Below, one piece after another: positions 35,345 through 46,994 of a stretch of 64,000 nt of DNA. The stretch lies in the sequence record NC_018855.1. One strand, 5' to 3'. The number at the start of each line of letters is the position of its first letter. The stretch's first letter is position 1. Origin of the DNA: Escherichia phage HX01. The position numbers were made by a program, and so were the translations under genes. The notes beneath the pieces were generated by a model. It saw nothing but the letters and a program-made list of their open reading frames with translations. It was not told where the DNA came from and ran no database searches.

Positions 35345-37600
35345 ATGCAAGTAACTAAGAGCAGTGGTGTATCCCAAAATTTTGATGCACAGAAAATTAT
35401 TCAAGTATTAACTTGGCAATGTGAAGGAACACAAATCGACCCATATGAATTGTACGAAGAAATTAAGACCCATCTTGTCGATGGGATGAGCACCAAAGAT
35501 ATTCAGAAGATTTGTATTAAAGTTGCAGCTAACTCGATTTCTGTCGAAGAACCCGATTATCAATATGTTGCCGCTAAAGGATTAATGTTTGCACTTCGTA
35601 AAGATGTATATGGACAGTTTGAACCTCCTGCTTTTATCGACCATATTTCTTACTGTGTTAATGAAGGCAAATACGATCCCGAGTTGTTGTCTAGATATTC
35701 TGCAGAAGAAATCATTTATCTTGATTCTCAGATTAAACACGAGCGAGATTTCGACCTGACTTATGCTGGTGCTATGCAGCTTAAAGAAAAATACCTGGTT
35801 AAAGATAAAACAACTGGTAAGATTTATGAAACTCCCCAGTTTGCTATCATGGCTATTGGTATGGCCTTACATCAAGACGAAACTCATGACCGTTTGAAAC
35901 ATATTATTCGTTTTTATGATGCCGTTTCTACTCATCAAGTTTCATTGCCTACTCCAATTATGGCAGGTGCTCGTACTCCAACTCGCCAGTTCTCTAGTTG
36001 TGTAGTTATTGAAGCCGGTGATTCGTTAAAATCTATTAACAAAACTTCAGCATCAATTATTGAATATATTTCTAAACGAGCTGGTATAGGTATCAACGTT
36101 GGTATGCTTCGTGCAGAAGGTTCTAAGATCGGTATGGGTGAAGTTCGACATACGGGTGTTATTCCATTCTGGAAACATTTCCAAACTGCAGTAAAATCTT
36201 GTTCTCAAGGTGGTATTCGTGGTGGTGCTGCTACAGCGTATTATCCGATGTGGCACTTAGAAGTAGAGAACCTATTAGTTCTGAAAAATAACAAAGGCGT
36301 GGATGAAAACCGTATTCGACATATGGACTACGGAATTCAAATTAATGACCTTATGATGGAACGCCTTGGTAAAAATGATTATATTACTTTATTTAGCCCT
36401 CACGAAATGTCAGGCGAACTATACTACTCGTTCTTTGAAGATCAAGATAAATTCCGTGAGCTTTATGAGAAAGCTGAAAAAGACCCGACAATCAGAAAGA
36501 AAAGAATTAAAGCACTAGAACTCTTTGAATTGTTCATGACTGAACGTTCTGGTACTGCTCGAATTTATCCACAGTTTGTTGATAACACGAATAACTACAC
36601 TCCATTTATTCGTGAAAAAGCTCCAATTCGTCAGAGTAACTTATGTTGTGAAATCGCTATTCCAACTAATGATGTGAATGGCCCTGATGCTGAAATTGGT
36701 TTATGCACATTATCTGCTTTTGTATTAGATAAATTTGATTGGCAAGACCAGGATAAAATTAATGAACTTGCTGAAGTGCAAGTACGTGCACTTGATAACC
36801 TGTTAGACTATCAAGATTATCCGGTTCCAGAAGCTTTAAAAGCTAAAAAGCGTCGTAATCTTGGTGTTGGTGTTACGAACTATGCCGCGTGGTTAGCTTC
36901 TAACTTTGCTTCATATGAAGACGCTAACGATTTGACTCATGAATTGTTTGAGAGATTGCAATATGGCCTTATCAAAGCTTCAATCAAACTCGCCAAAGAA
37001 AAAGGATGTTGCGAGTATTATTCAGACACTAAATGGTCTAGAGGCGAATTACCTATCGACTGGTACAATAAAAAGATTGACCAAATCGCAGCCCCGAACT
37101 ACGTCTGTGACTGGGAAGAACTTCGAGCTGAACTCAAAGAACATGGAATTCGTAACTCAACGTTGTCTGCACTCATGCCTTGTGAGTCAAGCAGTCAAGT
37201 ATCAAACTCTACAAACGGGATTGAGCCCCCGCGCGGTCCAGTAAGTATTAAAGAATCTAAAGAAGGCAACTTCCGTCAGGTTGTTCCTAATATAGAACAT
37301 AACATGAGTCTTTACGACTACGCGTGGAAACTTGCTAAGAAAGGTAATAAACCTTATTTGACCCAAGTTGCTATCATGTTGAAATGGGTGTGCCAATCTG
37401 CTTCTGCTAATACTTACTATGACCCTGCAGTATTTGAGAAAGGTAAAGTGCCAATGTCAGTAATGCTTGACGATCTGCTTTACTTCTGGTACTTTGGCGG
37501 AAAAAATCTCTACTATCATAACACTCGTGATGGGTCAGGTACAGATGACTATGAATTAGAAACACCTAAAGCTGAAGATTGTTCTGCTTGTAAGCTTTAA
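35345..37600 (+). CDS. nrdA: Ribonucleotide reductase large subunit
   Basis: 751 aa; near-colinear with T4 NrdA, e.g. C-terminal ...DGSGTDDYELETPKAEDCSACKL. Confidence 0.95.
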   Translation: MQVTKSSGVSQNFDAQKIIQVLTWQCEGTQIDPYELYEEIKTHLVDGMSTKDIQKICIKVAANSISVEEPDYQYVAAKGLMFALRKDVYGQFEPPAFIDHISYCVNEGKYDPELLSRYSAEEIIYLDSQIKHERDFDLTYAGAMQLKEKYLVKDKTTGKIYETPQFAIMAIGMALHQDETHDRLKHIIRFYDAVSTHQVSLPTPIMAGARTPTRQFSSCVVIEAGDSLKSINKTSASIIEYISKRAGIGINVGMLRAEGSKIGMGEVRHTGVIPFWKHFQTAVKSCSQGGIRGGAATAYYPMWHLEVENLLVLKNNKGVDENRIRHMDYGIQINDLMMERLGKNDYITLFSPHEMSGELYYSFFEDQDKFRELYEKAEKDPTIRKKRIKALELFELFMTERSGTARIYPQFVDNTNNYTPFIREKAPIRQSNLCCEIAIPTNDVNGPDAEIGLCTLSAFVLDKFDWQDQDKINELAEVQVRALDNLLDYQDYPVPEALKAKKRRNLGVGVTNYAAWLASNFASYEDANDLTHELFERLQYGLIKASIKLAKEKGCCEYYSDTKWSRGELPIDWYNKKIDQIAAPNYVCDWEELRAELKEHGIRNSTLSALMPCESSSQVSNSTNGIEPPRGPVSIKESKEGNFRQVVPNIEHNMSLYDYAWKLAKKGNKPYLTQVAIMLKWVCQSASANTYYDPAVFEKGKVPMSVMLDDLLYFWYFGGKNLYYHNTRDGSGTDDYELETPKAEDCSACKL

Positions 37601-37653
37601 GACTTTTGATTATAATTTACTCATGGATGAGTTAAACTAAGTGAGAAAATATA

Positions 37654-38793
37654 ATGAGTACAGTTTTTAACACACAACAAGTCGATGTTTTGAATGAACC
37701 GATGTTCTTTGGTTCCGGTCTTGGCCTCGCACGTTACGATATTCAGCGTCATAAAGTTTTTGAAGAACTTATAGAAAAATCCTTGTCATTTTTCTGGCGT
37801 CCTGAAGAGGTAAACTTGATGTTGGACTCTGCGCAGTTCAATAAGCTTCCTCAGTTCCAACAGGACATCTTTACAAACAATCTTAAGTATCAATCATTAT
37901 TAGATTCTATCCAAGGCAGGGCCCCATCTGCGGTACTTATGGCACTGATTTCCGACCCTTCATTAGATACATGGGTTGCAACATGGACATTCAGTGAAAC
38001 TATTCACTCTCGTTCGTATACTCATATTATGCGAAATCTTTATACAGACCCATCTAAGGTATTTGATGAAATTGTATTAGACGAAGCAATCATGAAACGA
38101 GCTGAATCAATAGGTAAATATTACGATGATGTTCTAGTCAAGACTCGCCTTTACCGGAATGCTTTAGAAGAATATCACGAGTTTAGCGAAGGCGTAAAAC
38201 AGGCTAAATATGAACTAATGCGTTCTCTTTACCTCTGTCTGCACGTAATCAACGCACTGGAAGCTATTCGTTTTTACGTATCATTTGCATGTACTTTCAA
38301 CTTCCATAAAAATATGGAAATTATGGAAGGTAATGCAAAGATTATGAAGTTCATTGCTCGTGACGAACAACTCCATCTCAAGGGTACTCAGTACATTATC
38401 CGTCAACTTCAATCTGGTACTGATGGTGATGAGTGGGTTCAAATTGCTAAAGAATGTGAACAAGAAGCAGTTGACATTTTTATGGAAGTAAATAGACAAG
38501 AGAAGGAATGGGCTGCACACCTCTTTAAAGACGGTACATGTCCAGGTATCAATACGCAGAGTATGTGTGCTTTTGTTGATTACTTGACTGTGTCTCGTAT
38601 GAAACAGTGTGGTTTACCATGCCCAATCACTGATGCTCCGTCCAAGCATCCATATCCTTGGATTCGTGAATATCTGAACTCTGATTTAGTTCAAGCAGCT
38701 CCTCAGGAAGTTGAAATCAGTTCTTATCTTGTCGCACAAATTGATAATGATGTAGACCAAAATGTAATCAATTCATACAAAAAATATTTCTAA
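37654..38793 (+). CDS. nrdB: Ribonucleotide reductase small subunit, uninterrupted
   Basis: 379 aa contiguous ferritin-like R2 protein; no intron or I-TevIII-like ORF. Confidence 0.92.
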   Translation: MSTVFNTQQVDVLNEPMFFGSGLGLARYDIQRHKVFEELIEKSLSFFWRPEEVNLMLDSAQFNKLPQFQQDIFTNNLKYQSLLDSIQGRAPSAVLMALISDPSLDTWVATWTFSETIHSRSYTHIMRNLYTDPSKVFDEIVLDEAIMKRAESIGKYYDDVLVKTRLYRNALEEYHEFSEGVKQAKYELMRSLYLCLHVINALEAIRFYVSFACTFNFHKNMEIMEGNAKIMKFIARDEQLHLKGTQYIIRQLQSGTDGDEWVQIAKECEQEAVDIFMEVNRQEKEWAAHLFKDGTCPGINTQSMCAFVDYLTVSRMKQCGLPCPITDAPSKHPYPWIREYLNSDLVQAAPQEVEISSYLVAQIDNDVDQNVINSYKKYF

Positions 38794-38797
38794 GGAC

Positions 38798-38818
38798 GGG
38801 ACTTCGGTCCCACTTTAT
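38798..38818 (+). terminator. GC hairpin (UUCG loop) after nrdB, weak T-run
   Basis: GGGACTTCGGTCCC then ACTTTATTA; overlaps denA start region. Confidence 0.45.
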
Positions 38819-38819
38819 T

Positions 38820-39230
38820 ATGAAAGATATCGCCGCCGAATATTCCTTTATTAAATATACAGAATTGGAGCTATTAGAAGATGCAACAATTAAAACAGTT
38901 GATGTCCCTAATAAGAAAAATGTCATATATGCTATTGCTATAGATGACGAACTTGTGTATATTGGTAAAACCAAGAATTTAAAGAAACGCATTAACTATT
39001 ATCGAACAGCCATAAATCGAAAAGACCAGACTTCAGATTCAAGAAAATCACTTATGATTTTGGATGCCTTAATGCAAGGCAAAAAGGTTGAATTCTGGGC
39101 CCGCCAATGTTTTGACCTTTCAGTCACCAACGAACTTGGTTCAATGACCATCGCAACAATGGACCTTGAAGAACCGCTTTTTATCAAAAAGTTCAACCCG
39201 CCTTGGAATATCCAACATAAGAAAAAGTAG
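38820..39230 (+). CDS. denA: Endonuclease II (GIY-YIG family)
   Basis: 136 aa (T4 136 aa); ...VIYAIAIDDELVYIGKTKNLKKRINYYR... GIY-YIG-like core. Confidence 0.85.
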   Translation: MKDIAAEYSFIKYTELELLEDATIKTVDVPNKKNVIYAIAIDDELVYIGKTKNLKKRINYYRTAINRKDQTSDSRKSLMILDALMQGKKVEFWARQCFDLSVTNELGSMTIATMDLEEPLFIKKFNPPWNIQHKKK

Positions 39231-39259
39231 TTTACACACCACAAGGATTGTGGTACAAT
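39230..39259 (+). promoter_or_regulatory. Early-type promoter for rnlA (GTTTAC-18-TACAAT)
   Basis: Spacer contains CCACAA...TTGTGG inverted repeat. Confidence 0.55.
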
Positions 39260-39276
39260 TTAAAAAAACTAACTGA

Positions 39277-40410
<1,134 letters not shown>

Positions 40411-40412
40411 TG

Positions 40413-40442
40413 GTTTACAAACACCAAGGAAGGTGTTACTAT
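40413..40442 (+). promoter_or_regulatory. Early-type promoter for alc (GTTTAC-18-TACTAT)
   Basis: Spacer ACACC...GGTGT inverted repeat; lies in the apparent N-terminal extension of the alc ORF. Confidence 0.55.
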
Positions 40443-40472
40443 GGCTTTTATCAACATCACGAGGAGAAAATT

Positions 40473-40973
40473 ATGAATATGCAATTGATTACTAACGATA
40501 TGGTTGTGGCAGCATTCGGTGATTCTACAGATGGAATCCGGGTCTTTAAGAAAGGACGTCCAGTTGGTTATCTTACTGACCTACGTGTTACACTGGCCAA
40601 AAATCTTAAAAAGAAGTTAAAGCAAAAGGAATATTCAACACGTTACACCGAAGAGAAACGCGAAGCGATGCCGGAAGCAGTTAATGCCATGGTAGAATTT
40701 CTTCAAAATAATTTGACTAAATATGACGCTAATGTGTTCATTAATATTAGTCAACCAAACGTACATATCGCAGGTATAAAATTCTACATTATTTGCGACC
40801 CTCTTACCGACAAATTCAACCGTCTCGGAATCTCAAGTCCGTATCATACAGCAGAAGAGTTGTGTGTATTGTTTGAATCGTACAAAATCCAGTGTGATGG
40901 TCCGAAAACCGTTCTTATCAATGGATTATCCCGAGATGAAATCATTGAGATTATTAAAACATGCTTAAAGTAA
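40473..40973 (+). CDS. alc: Alc (host transcription elongation inhibitor)
   Basis: ORF track 40410-40973; first 21 codons contain a promoter, so start moved to ATG 40473 (RBS GAGGAG); about 166 aa as T4 Alc. Confidence 0.8.
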   Translation: MNMQLITNDMVVAAFGDSTDGIRVFKKGRPVGYLTDLRVTLAKNLKKKLKQKEYSTRYTEEKREAMPEAVNAMVEFLQNNLTKYDANVFINISQPNVHIAGIKFYIICDPLTDKFNRLGISSPYHTAEELCVLFESYKIQCDGPKTVLINGLSRDEIIEIIKTCLK

Positions 40974-41317
40974 ATCCGATTTATGCTATAGTAGCAGCTT
41001 TTGCTCTAGTTTCTACGGCAACAATAGTTGTCTTAAACAACAAAGTTGATTCGTTGAATACTGAATTAGCTTCTGTCAAAGAGACTGCTAAAAACAATGC
41101 TAAAGTATTAGACGACTTCAAGGTTCAGTATCAGTCAATCGAAGAAATGACTTATAAGAACCGTGTTTTAGTTGACCAACTTAAGGCCGAAAATGAAAAG
41201 CTCCGTAAGGATTCGAAGAAGAAGAACGTGGTGGCAAGTAAACCAGGATTGGTCGAAAAACAAATCAACAAGTCCTTCGATTCCTTTGCAGAAGACCTCA
41301 GGAAGCTCTCAGAATGA
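40961..41317 (+). CDS. pseT.3: i-spanin (Rz-like inner-membrane spanin subunit)
   Basis: 118 aa; N-terminal TM segment then coiled-coil periplasmic domain; T4 i-spanin PseT.3 lies here. Confidence 0.7.
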   Translation: MLKVNPIYAIVAAFALVSTATIVVLNNKVDSLNTELASVKETAKNNAKVLDDFKVQYQSIEEMTYKNRVLVDQLKAENEKLRKDSKKKNVVASKPGLVEKQINKSFDSFAEDLRKLSE

Positions 41318-41604
41318 TTAAATTAACCGCAGTTGTATTATCTATTAGTATTTTGGCTGGATGTGCCCAGGATGTGCCCTTAAGCCCTAAAGAAACTTTA
41401 CATCCGCCATGGCCTGAATCTATTGTTGAATATAACCAGAAATGGCAAGTAAAGGTTATTGATGGTAATCCGTGGGTTGGAATGCCGTTTGAAGACTCTC
41501 AAGAATTTCGTATCTGGTTAAACGATGTAAAAAGATATGTACATGACCAGAAGACTATGATATGTTATTATCGTAGTGGTTTAAAAGAGGAAAAATGCCA
41601 ATGA
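41314..41604 (+). CDS. pseT.2: o-spanin (Rz1-like outer-membrane lipoprotein)
   Basis: 96 aa; signal peptide with lipobox ILAGC; follows i-spanin with overlapping start. Confidence 0.7.
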   Translation: MIKLTAVVLSISILAGCAQDVPLSPKETLHPPWPESIVEYNQKWQVKVIDGNPWVGMPFEDSQEFRIWLNDVKRYVHDQKTMICYYRSGLKEEKCQ

Positions 41605-41819
41605 CTAAAGAACAACATGAATACATTAAAGGGCTTATCTATGAATCTGAAATGGCGGCTATGATTTATGGGCGCCAGATTCAACGATTAGAATCTTTGC
41701 CTCCGACTAATGACCGATTGTTAGTTCAGTCTCGTGCTAATCTGAAAAATGAATATCAGAATAAGTGGGCAGTAGCGACTAAAGCTCTTCACGAGTATAT
41801 TGAATCTTTAGTAAAATAG
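41595..41819 (+). CDS. Hypothetical protein
   Basis: 74 aa, overlapping start with upstream gene. Confidence 0.5.
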   Translation: MPMTKEQHEYIKGLIYESEMAAMIYGRQIQRLESLPPTNDRLLVQSRANLKNEYQNKWAVATKALHEYIESLVK

Positions 41820-41848
41820 TTTACAAACTCTCAGGAGCAGAGTATAAT
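41819..41848 (+). promoter_or_regulatory. Early-type promoter (GTTTAC-18-TATAAT)
   Basis: -10 flanked by AGGAGCA...TGCTCCT. Confidence 0.6.
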
Positions 41849-41876
41849 GCTCCTATGGATAATTGAGGAAATCTAA

Positions 41877-42175
41877 ATGAAAACATTACTAGAGAATTAC
41901 ATCAAACGGTCTGATGAGTATATTGATATCTGTCGTGGAATGTCACTCGGCAATTATGACAAAGATGCAGCAAAGGCACTAGATGAAGCAGGTAAAGCTC
42001 TTCGTAAAGCTGCTAAAGAAAAAGGGTTGGATTTGCAACAACTCAAAAGTCATATGATTAAATTTATTTCTTCAAACGTTAGAAGTACGTCAATTAATAA
42101 AAACGTTGCTGAAATTAATAAAGACCGGCGCGAGCATAACATTCGTATTCTTGAAATTTTCTTAGGAATAAAATA

Positions 42176-42176
<1 letters not shown>
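41877..42176 (+). CDS. Hypothetical protein
   Basis: 99 aa; promoter at 41819-41848, RBS GAGGAAA. Confidence 0.5.
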
Positions 42177-43262
<1,086 letters not shown>

Positions 43263-43263
<1 letters not shown>

Positions 43264-43454
43264 TGAAACGATTATATGAAGTGATTGAGGCCATCGAACA
43301 GCATAAAGAATATTTGTTTGTAGTATGGCCTTTAGTAAATGGACGGTTCGGTATTGATGTGCTGGACTATGAACATGAAGAATGGTTGGACGGCAGTATA
43401 TTTGATAACGTCGACCAGGCAATTGAATGGTTAAATGAAAACTATGTACGATAA
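43263..43454 (+). CDS. Hypothetical protein
   Basis: 63 aa. Confidence 0.5.
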
Positions 43455-43659
43455 ACATCATGAAATCGAAGATGAAGCATACAAAATGCTTCGTAAACTA
43501 GTGGGACTTAATATGAGTCCTACATTAATCAACAAACTCGCAGGAATTCGTAATGATCTGAATACTCGTTACAAAGGTGAATATCATGTAGAGTTTGTTC
43601 CTGTAGGTGAACCAACCGAGCGATTTGTTGTTCGAGTTAAAGTAAATACTGTACACTGA
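43435..43659 (+). CDS. Hypothetical protein
   Basis: 74 aa. Confidence 0.5.
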   Translation: MKTMYDKHHEIEDEAYKMLRKLVGLNMSPTLINKLAGIRNDLNTRYKGEYHVEFVPVGEPTERFVVRVKVNTVH

Positions 43660-43666
43660 GGTAATT

Positions 43667-43942
43667 ATGTTCCCAACTTATTCTGAAATTGTAAAGGTAG
43701 TCTTCAGTCAGATTATTGCTAATAATATGTTTGAAGTGCTTGATAATGCAGCCGAACTCAGAGTTCATGCTCAACTAACTCATGTACTCAATGCTTTGCT
43801 CCCAGACCAAGTAGATTCTATTGCTATTACTCTTCTCCCTGGGTCTGCACACGTCATAGTGGTATTTGATCTTGACGGCGATTTAGTTATCCAATGTGAT
43901 ATCAATTTCGGTACACAAAAAATTGAATGCAAAGCAATTTAA
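43667..43942 (+). CDS. Hypothetical protein
   Basis: 91 aa, RBS GAGG. Confidence 0.5.
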   Translation: MFPTYSEIVKVVFSQIIANNMFEVLDNAAELRVHAQLTHVLNALLPDQVDSIAITLLPGSAHVIVVFDLDGDLVIQCDINFGTQKIECKAI

Positions 43943-43944
43943 TG

Positions 43945-43974
43945 GTTTACAACATGGTGGAGTTGTGATACTAT
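43945..43974 (+). promoter_or_regulatory. Early-type promoter (GTTTAC-18-TACTAT)
   Basis: GTTTACAACATGGTGGAGTTGTGATACTAT. Confidence 0.5.
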
Positions 43975-44002
43975 AACTCTACCAACAAATGAGGAAATAG
44001 AA

Positions 44003-44239
44003 ATGCTAAGTGAAAACCCAATTACAGTACACGAATTTCAGATTAAAGTAAAAGAATTTGCTCAAGCACTCATCAATAAAGTGTCTGAACGTTTCCAAGA
44101 TGCAACATTACGAGTTATTCAAGAATCTCCACGTTCTTTTCTCATAATCGTTAATCCTAAAGATGGTGACCAAATTACTAATCTTAAATTAGGCAGTGAT
44201 GGTCTTGTTGAAGCAACTCGAGTATATGGAACACTATAA
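44003..44239 (+). CDS. Hypothetical protein
   Basis: 78 aa; promoter 43945-43974; RBS GAGGAAA. Confidence 0.5.
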   Translation: MLSENPITVHEFQIKVKEFAQALINKVSERFQDATLRVIQESPRSFLIIVNPKDGDQITNLKLGSDGLVEATRVYGTL

Positions 44240-44359
44240 TGAGAGCTATCTCATTACTATCGAGAATGGTCATAAATCTGAGCACTACCAACTTAGCCTG
44301 TCTAATCCGGTTAAAGGTATTGTTGAATCAGAATCTGTTTATATCTCCTAAGGATTGTT

Positions 44360-45352
44360 ATGTTACCTGTCATCAGAAAACTTATTTCTCCAAAAGAACT
44401 GGCTGAGATTATTCCTTTGTCGGAAGCTTACGCATCACAAGTGGCTTCTCATCGCGAACAAGTTAATTCGATTATGAATGGTGAAGACCCACGCAAACTT
44501 ATTGTTGTAGGTCCTTGTTCAATTCATGACCCTATTGCTGCTGTTGAATACGGCAAACGTCTGGCTGAACTTCAAACTCGTCTTCCTAATGTTCTGTTAG
44601 TGATGCGCGTTTATTTTGAAAAGCCTCGAACTACCGTAGGTTGGAAAGGTCTTGTAAATGATCCATATCTTGACGGAAGTTTTGATATGAACCACGGTCT
44701 TATAGTTGCACGAACATTGTGTCGTAAACTTCTACGTATGGGACTTCCATTAGCAACTGAAGTATTAGACCCATTCACGATTAAGTATCTTTCTGGTATT
44801 TTCTCATGGGTTGCTATTGGCGCCCGTACGACTGAAAGTCAGACACATCGTGAAATTGCTTCAGGTCTACCGATGTGCGTAGGCTTCAAGAACGCAACCA
44901 ATGGTTCTATTAAAGTAGCTACAGACGCGATGTATAGTGCCGCCTGGCCTCATCGGTATATGGGTATGGACGTCGATGGTACTGTAGGCATTGTTGAAGC
45001 TGAAGGTAATCAGAATACGCATATCGTATTGCGTGGCGGGACTAACGGCCCGAACTATCATTCTTCTGATATTCAAGAAGCTTCTAACAAAGCAAGTGCA
45101 GTAGGTCTGAATCATTATGTAATGGTTGACTGTAGCCATGCAAACGCTGATGGGTATTATAGCAATCAAATTGGTATTGGTAAAAATTTAGCAGCTAATG
45201 ATTTGGTCAAAGGAATTATGATAGAATCATTCCTACATGAAGGAAATCAAAAAATTTCTGATAATATGTCCTATGGCGTTTCCGTTACCGATGCGTGCAT
45301 CGGTTGGGAACAAACTAAAGAGCTGTTAACTTATATTAATAAGGTTCAATAA
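44360..45352 (+). CDS. 3-deoxy-D-arabino-heptulosonate-7-phosphate (DAHP) synthase homolog, class I AroG/F/H-like
   Basis: 330 aa; motifs LIVVGPCSIHD, KPRTTVGWKGL, GARTTESQTHRE, VGFKNATNG, DCSHAN, IMIESFLHEGNQ, SVTDACIGWE align with E. coli AroG active-site segments; RBS AAGGA. Confidence 0.85.
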   Translation: MLPVIRKLISPKELAEIIPLSEAYASQVASHREQVNSIMNGEDPRKLIVVGPCSIHDPIAAVEYGKRLAELQTRLPNVLLVMRVYFEKPRTTVGWKGLVNDPYLDGSFDMNHGLIVARTLCRKLLRMGLPLATEVLDPFTIKYLSGIFSWVAIGARTTESQTHREIASGLPMCVGFKNATNGSIKVATDAMYSAAWPHRYMGMDVDGTVGIVEAEGNQNTHIVLRGGTNGPNYHSSDIQEASNKASAVGLNHYVMVDCSHANADGYYSNQIGIGKNLAANDLVKGIMIESFLHEGNQKISDNMSYGVSVTDACIGWEQTKELLTYINKVQ

Positions 45353-45933
45353 TGAAAGCTAGCACATATCTTCAAATTGCTTATTTGATTTCTCAAGAAT
45401 CAAAATGTTGTTCATGGAAAGTTGGTGCCGTCATTGAAAAAGATGGACGCATTATCTCTACTGGATATAATGGCTCACCCGCAGGTGGCGTTAACTGTTG
45501 TGAACATGCATCCGAAAATGGTTGGTTGAAGAATAAACCAAGCCCGGTCATCGTTGCTGGACATAAAGAAGGCACTACAGCATTTGGACGGGCAGATAAT
45601 TTTGTTTTGGCTAAAGAACATCGGGCCGCTCATAGTGCATGGTCTGCTAATAATGAAATCCATGCAGAATTGAATGCAATTTTGTTTGCAGCTCGTAAAG
45701 GTAATTCTATTGAAGGTGCTACGTTATATACTACGCTTTCTCCATGTCCTGATTGCACTAAAGCTATTACGCAGTCAGGTATTAAAAAGGTTGTATACGC
45801 AGAATTATACGATCGATCTCCTGAAAATTGGGCAGACATTCTAAAACAAGCCGGTATTGAAGTAATTCAGTACTCTCGTAATAATCTTCGTTCTCTGAAT
45901 TGGGAACAAATCCGAAACTTTTGTGGTGAATAA
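45352..45933 (+). CDS. cd: dCMP deaminase
   Basis: 193 aa (T4 193 aa); zinc motifs HAELNA and PCPDC. Confidence 0.92.
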   Translation: MKASTYLQIAYLISQESKCCSWKVGAVIEKDGRIISTGYNGSPAGGVNCCEHASENGWLKNKPSPVIVAGHKEGTTAFGRADNFVLAKEHRAAHSAWSANNEIHAELNAILFAARKGNSIEGATLYTTLSPCPDCTKAITQSGIKKVVYAELYDRSPENWADILKQAGIEVIQYSRNNLRSLNWEQIRNFCGE

Positions 45934-45934
45934 T

Positions 45935-46231
45935 ATGATTTTAACTGAACAAGAAACTATGGTTCTTCGTGAACGTATTAAAACTATTCTGTCTGTAGGC
46001 GTTCATTGTGTTGTATTTGAAAAGGCTAACGGCGAGGTACGCACTATGTTTGCTTCGCGCGATGAACTTGAAGTCAAATATGAAAATAACAATCCAGCAA
46101 CAGAAGTTCGTTATGAACCTCGTGAATCAGTTCGAGCATTCGATACCAAGTTAGGCCAGTGGCGTTCTTTCCGCCTTGATAAAGTAATTTCGGTTGATGG
46201 TACTCCGGCGGAACGTTTGCTTCTTATGTAA
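45935..46231 (+). CDS. Hypothetical protein
   Basis: ORF track 45923-46231 (GTG start); ATG at 45935 used. Confidence 0.5.
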   Translation: MILTEQETMVLRERIKTILSVGVHCVVFEKANGEVRTMFASRDELEVKYENNNPATEVRYEPRESVRAFDTKLGQWRSFRLDKVISVDGTPAERLLLM

Positions 46232-46258
46232 TATGCTTTACGAATAGTATGGTATTAT
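46231..46258 (+). promoter_or_regulatory. Putative MotA-box middle promoter upstream of gene 31
   Basis: ATGCTTTA, 12-nt spacer, then TATTAT. Confidence 0.35.
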
Positions 46259-46288
46259 TAATCTATCGTCAAACAACAAGGAAATAAG

Positions 46289-46621
46289 ATGTCTGAAGTA
46301 CAACTCCCAATTCGTGCTGTTGGTGAATATGTCATTCTGGTTTCTGAACCCGCTCAAGCAGGTGATGAAGAAGTTACAGAATCAGGACTTGTGATTGGTA
46401 AACGTGTTCAAGGTGAAGTTCCTGAACTATGTGTAGTTCATTCTGTAGGTCCTGATGTTCCTGAAGGTTTTGTTGAAGTCGGTGATTTGACTCCACTACC
46501 AGTTGGACAAATTCGAAATGTTCCACATCCATTTGTGGCTTTGGGACTTAAACAACCTAAAGAAATTAAACAGAAATTCGTAACATGCCACTATAAAGCT
46601 ATTCCGTGTCTTTATAAGTGA
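46289..46621 (+). CDS. 31: gp31 co-chaperonin (GroES analogue)
   Basis: 110 aa; [21 protein letters not shown]... matches T4 gp31 (111 aa). Confidence 0.92.
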   Translation: MSEVQLPIRAVGEYVILVSEPAQAGDEEVTESGLVIGKRVQGEVPELCVVHSVGPDVPEGFVEVGDLTPLPVGQIRNVPHPFVALGLKQPKEIKQKFVTCHYKAIPCLYK

Positions 46622-46629
46622 TATAAATA
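46622..46629 (+). promoter_or_regulatory. Possible late promoter (TATAAATA) between 31 and rIII
   Basis: TATAAATA on + strand 117 nt upstream of rIII. Confidence 0.3.
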
Positions 46630-46745
46630 ACTATATGAAGAGAACACTCTTCTAAGCGGTAGCCTACAACTGAGAGACTTGTCGAAAGAAGGTGAAATTC
46701 AGACGAACGTGGCTACTAAATATTATCTCGAATTGAGAATTTAAA

Positions 46746-46994
46746 ATGATTAAACAATTACAACACGCTCTTGAACTGCAACGAAACGCATGGAATAACG
46801 GTCACGAAAACTACGGTGCGTCAATTGATGTTGAAGCCGAAGCACTGGAAATCCTGCGATATTTCAAACATCTGAATCCTGCTCAGGCTACTCTGGCTTC
46901 TGAACTGGAAGCTAAAGATGAATTGAAATATGCTAAGCCTCTGGCTTCTGCAGCACGCAAAGCAGTTCGTCATTTTGTTATTACCCTGAAGTAA
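46746..46994 (+). CDS. rIII: rIII lysis inhibition accessory protein
   Basis: 82 aa (T4 rIII 82 aa); position downstream of gene 31. Confidence 0.75.
   Translation: MIKQLQHALELQRNAWNNGHENYGASIDVEAEALEILRYFKHLNPAQATLASELEAKDELKYAKPLASAARKAVRHFVITLK

Noticed and set aside
44239-44403. Possible 54-aa ORF overlapping the start of the DAHP synthase gene, and a 41-aa ORF at 44226-44351
   Set aside because: No convincing RBS, odd composition, and overlap with a strongly supported gene start. Left unannotated.
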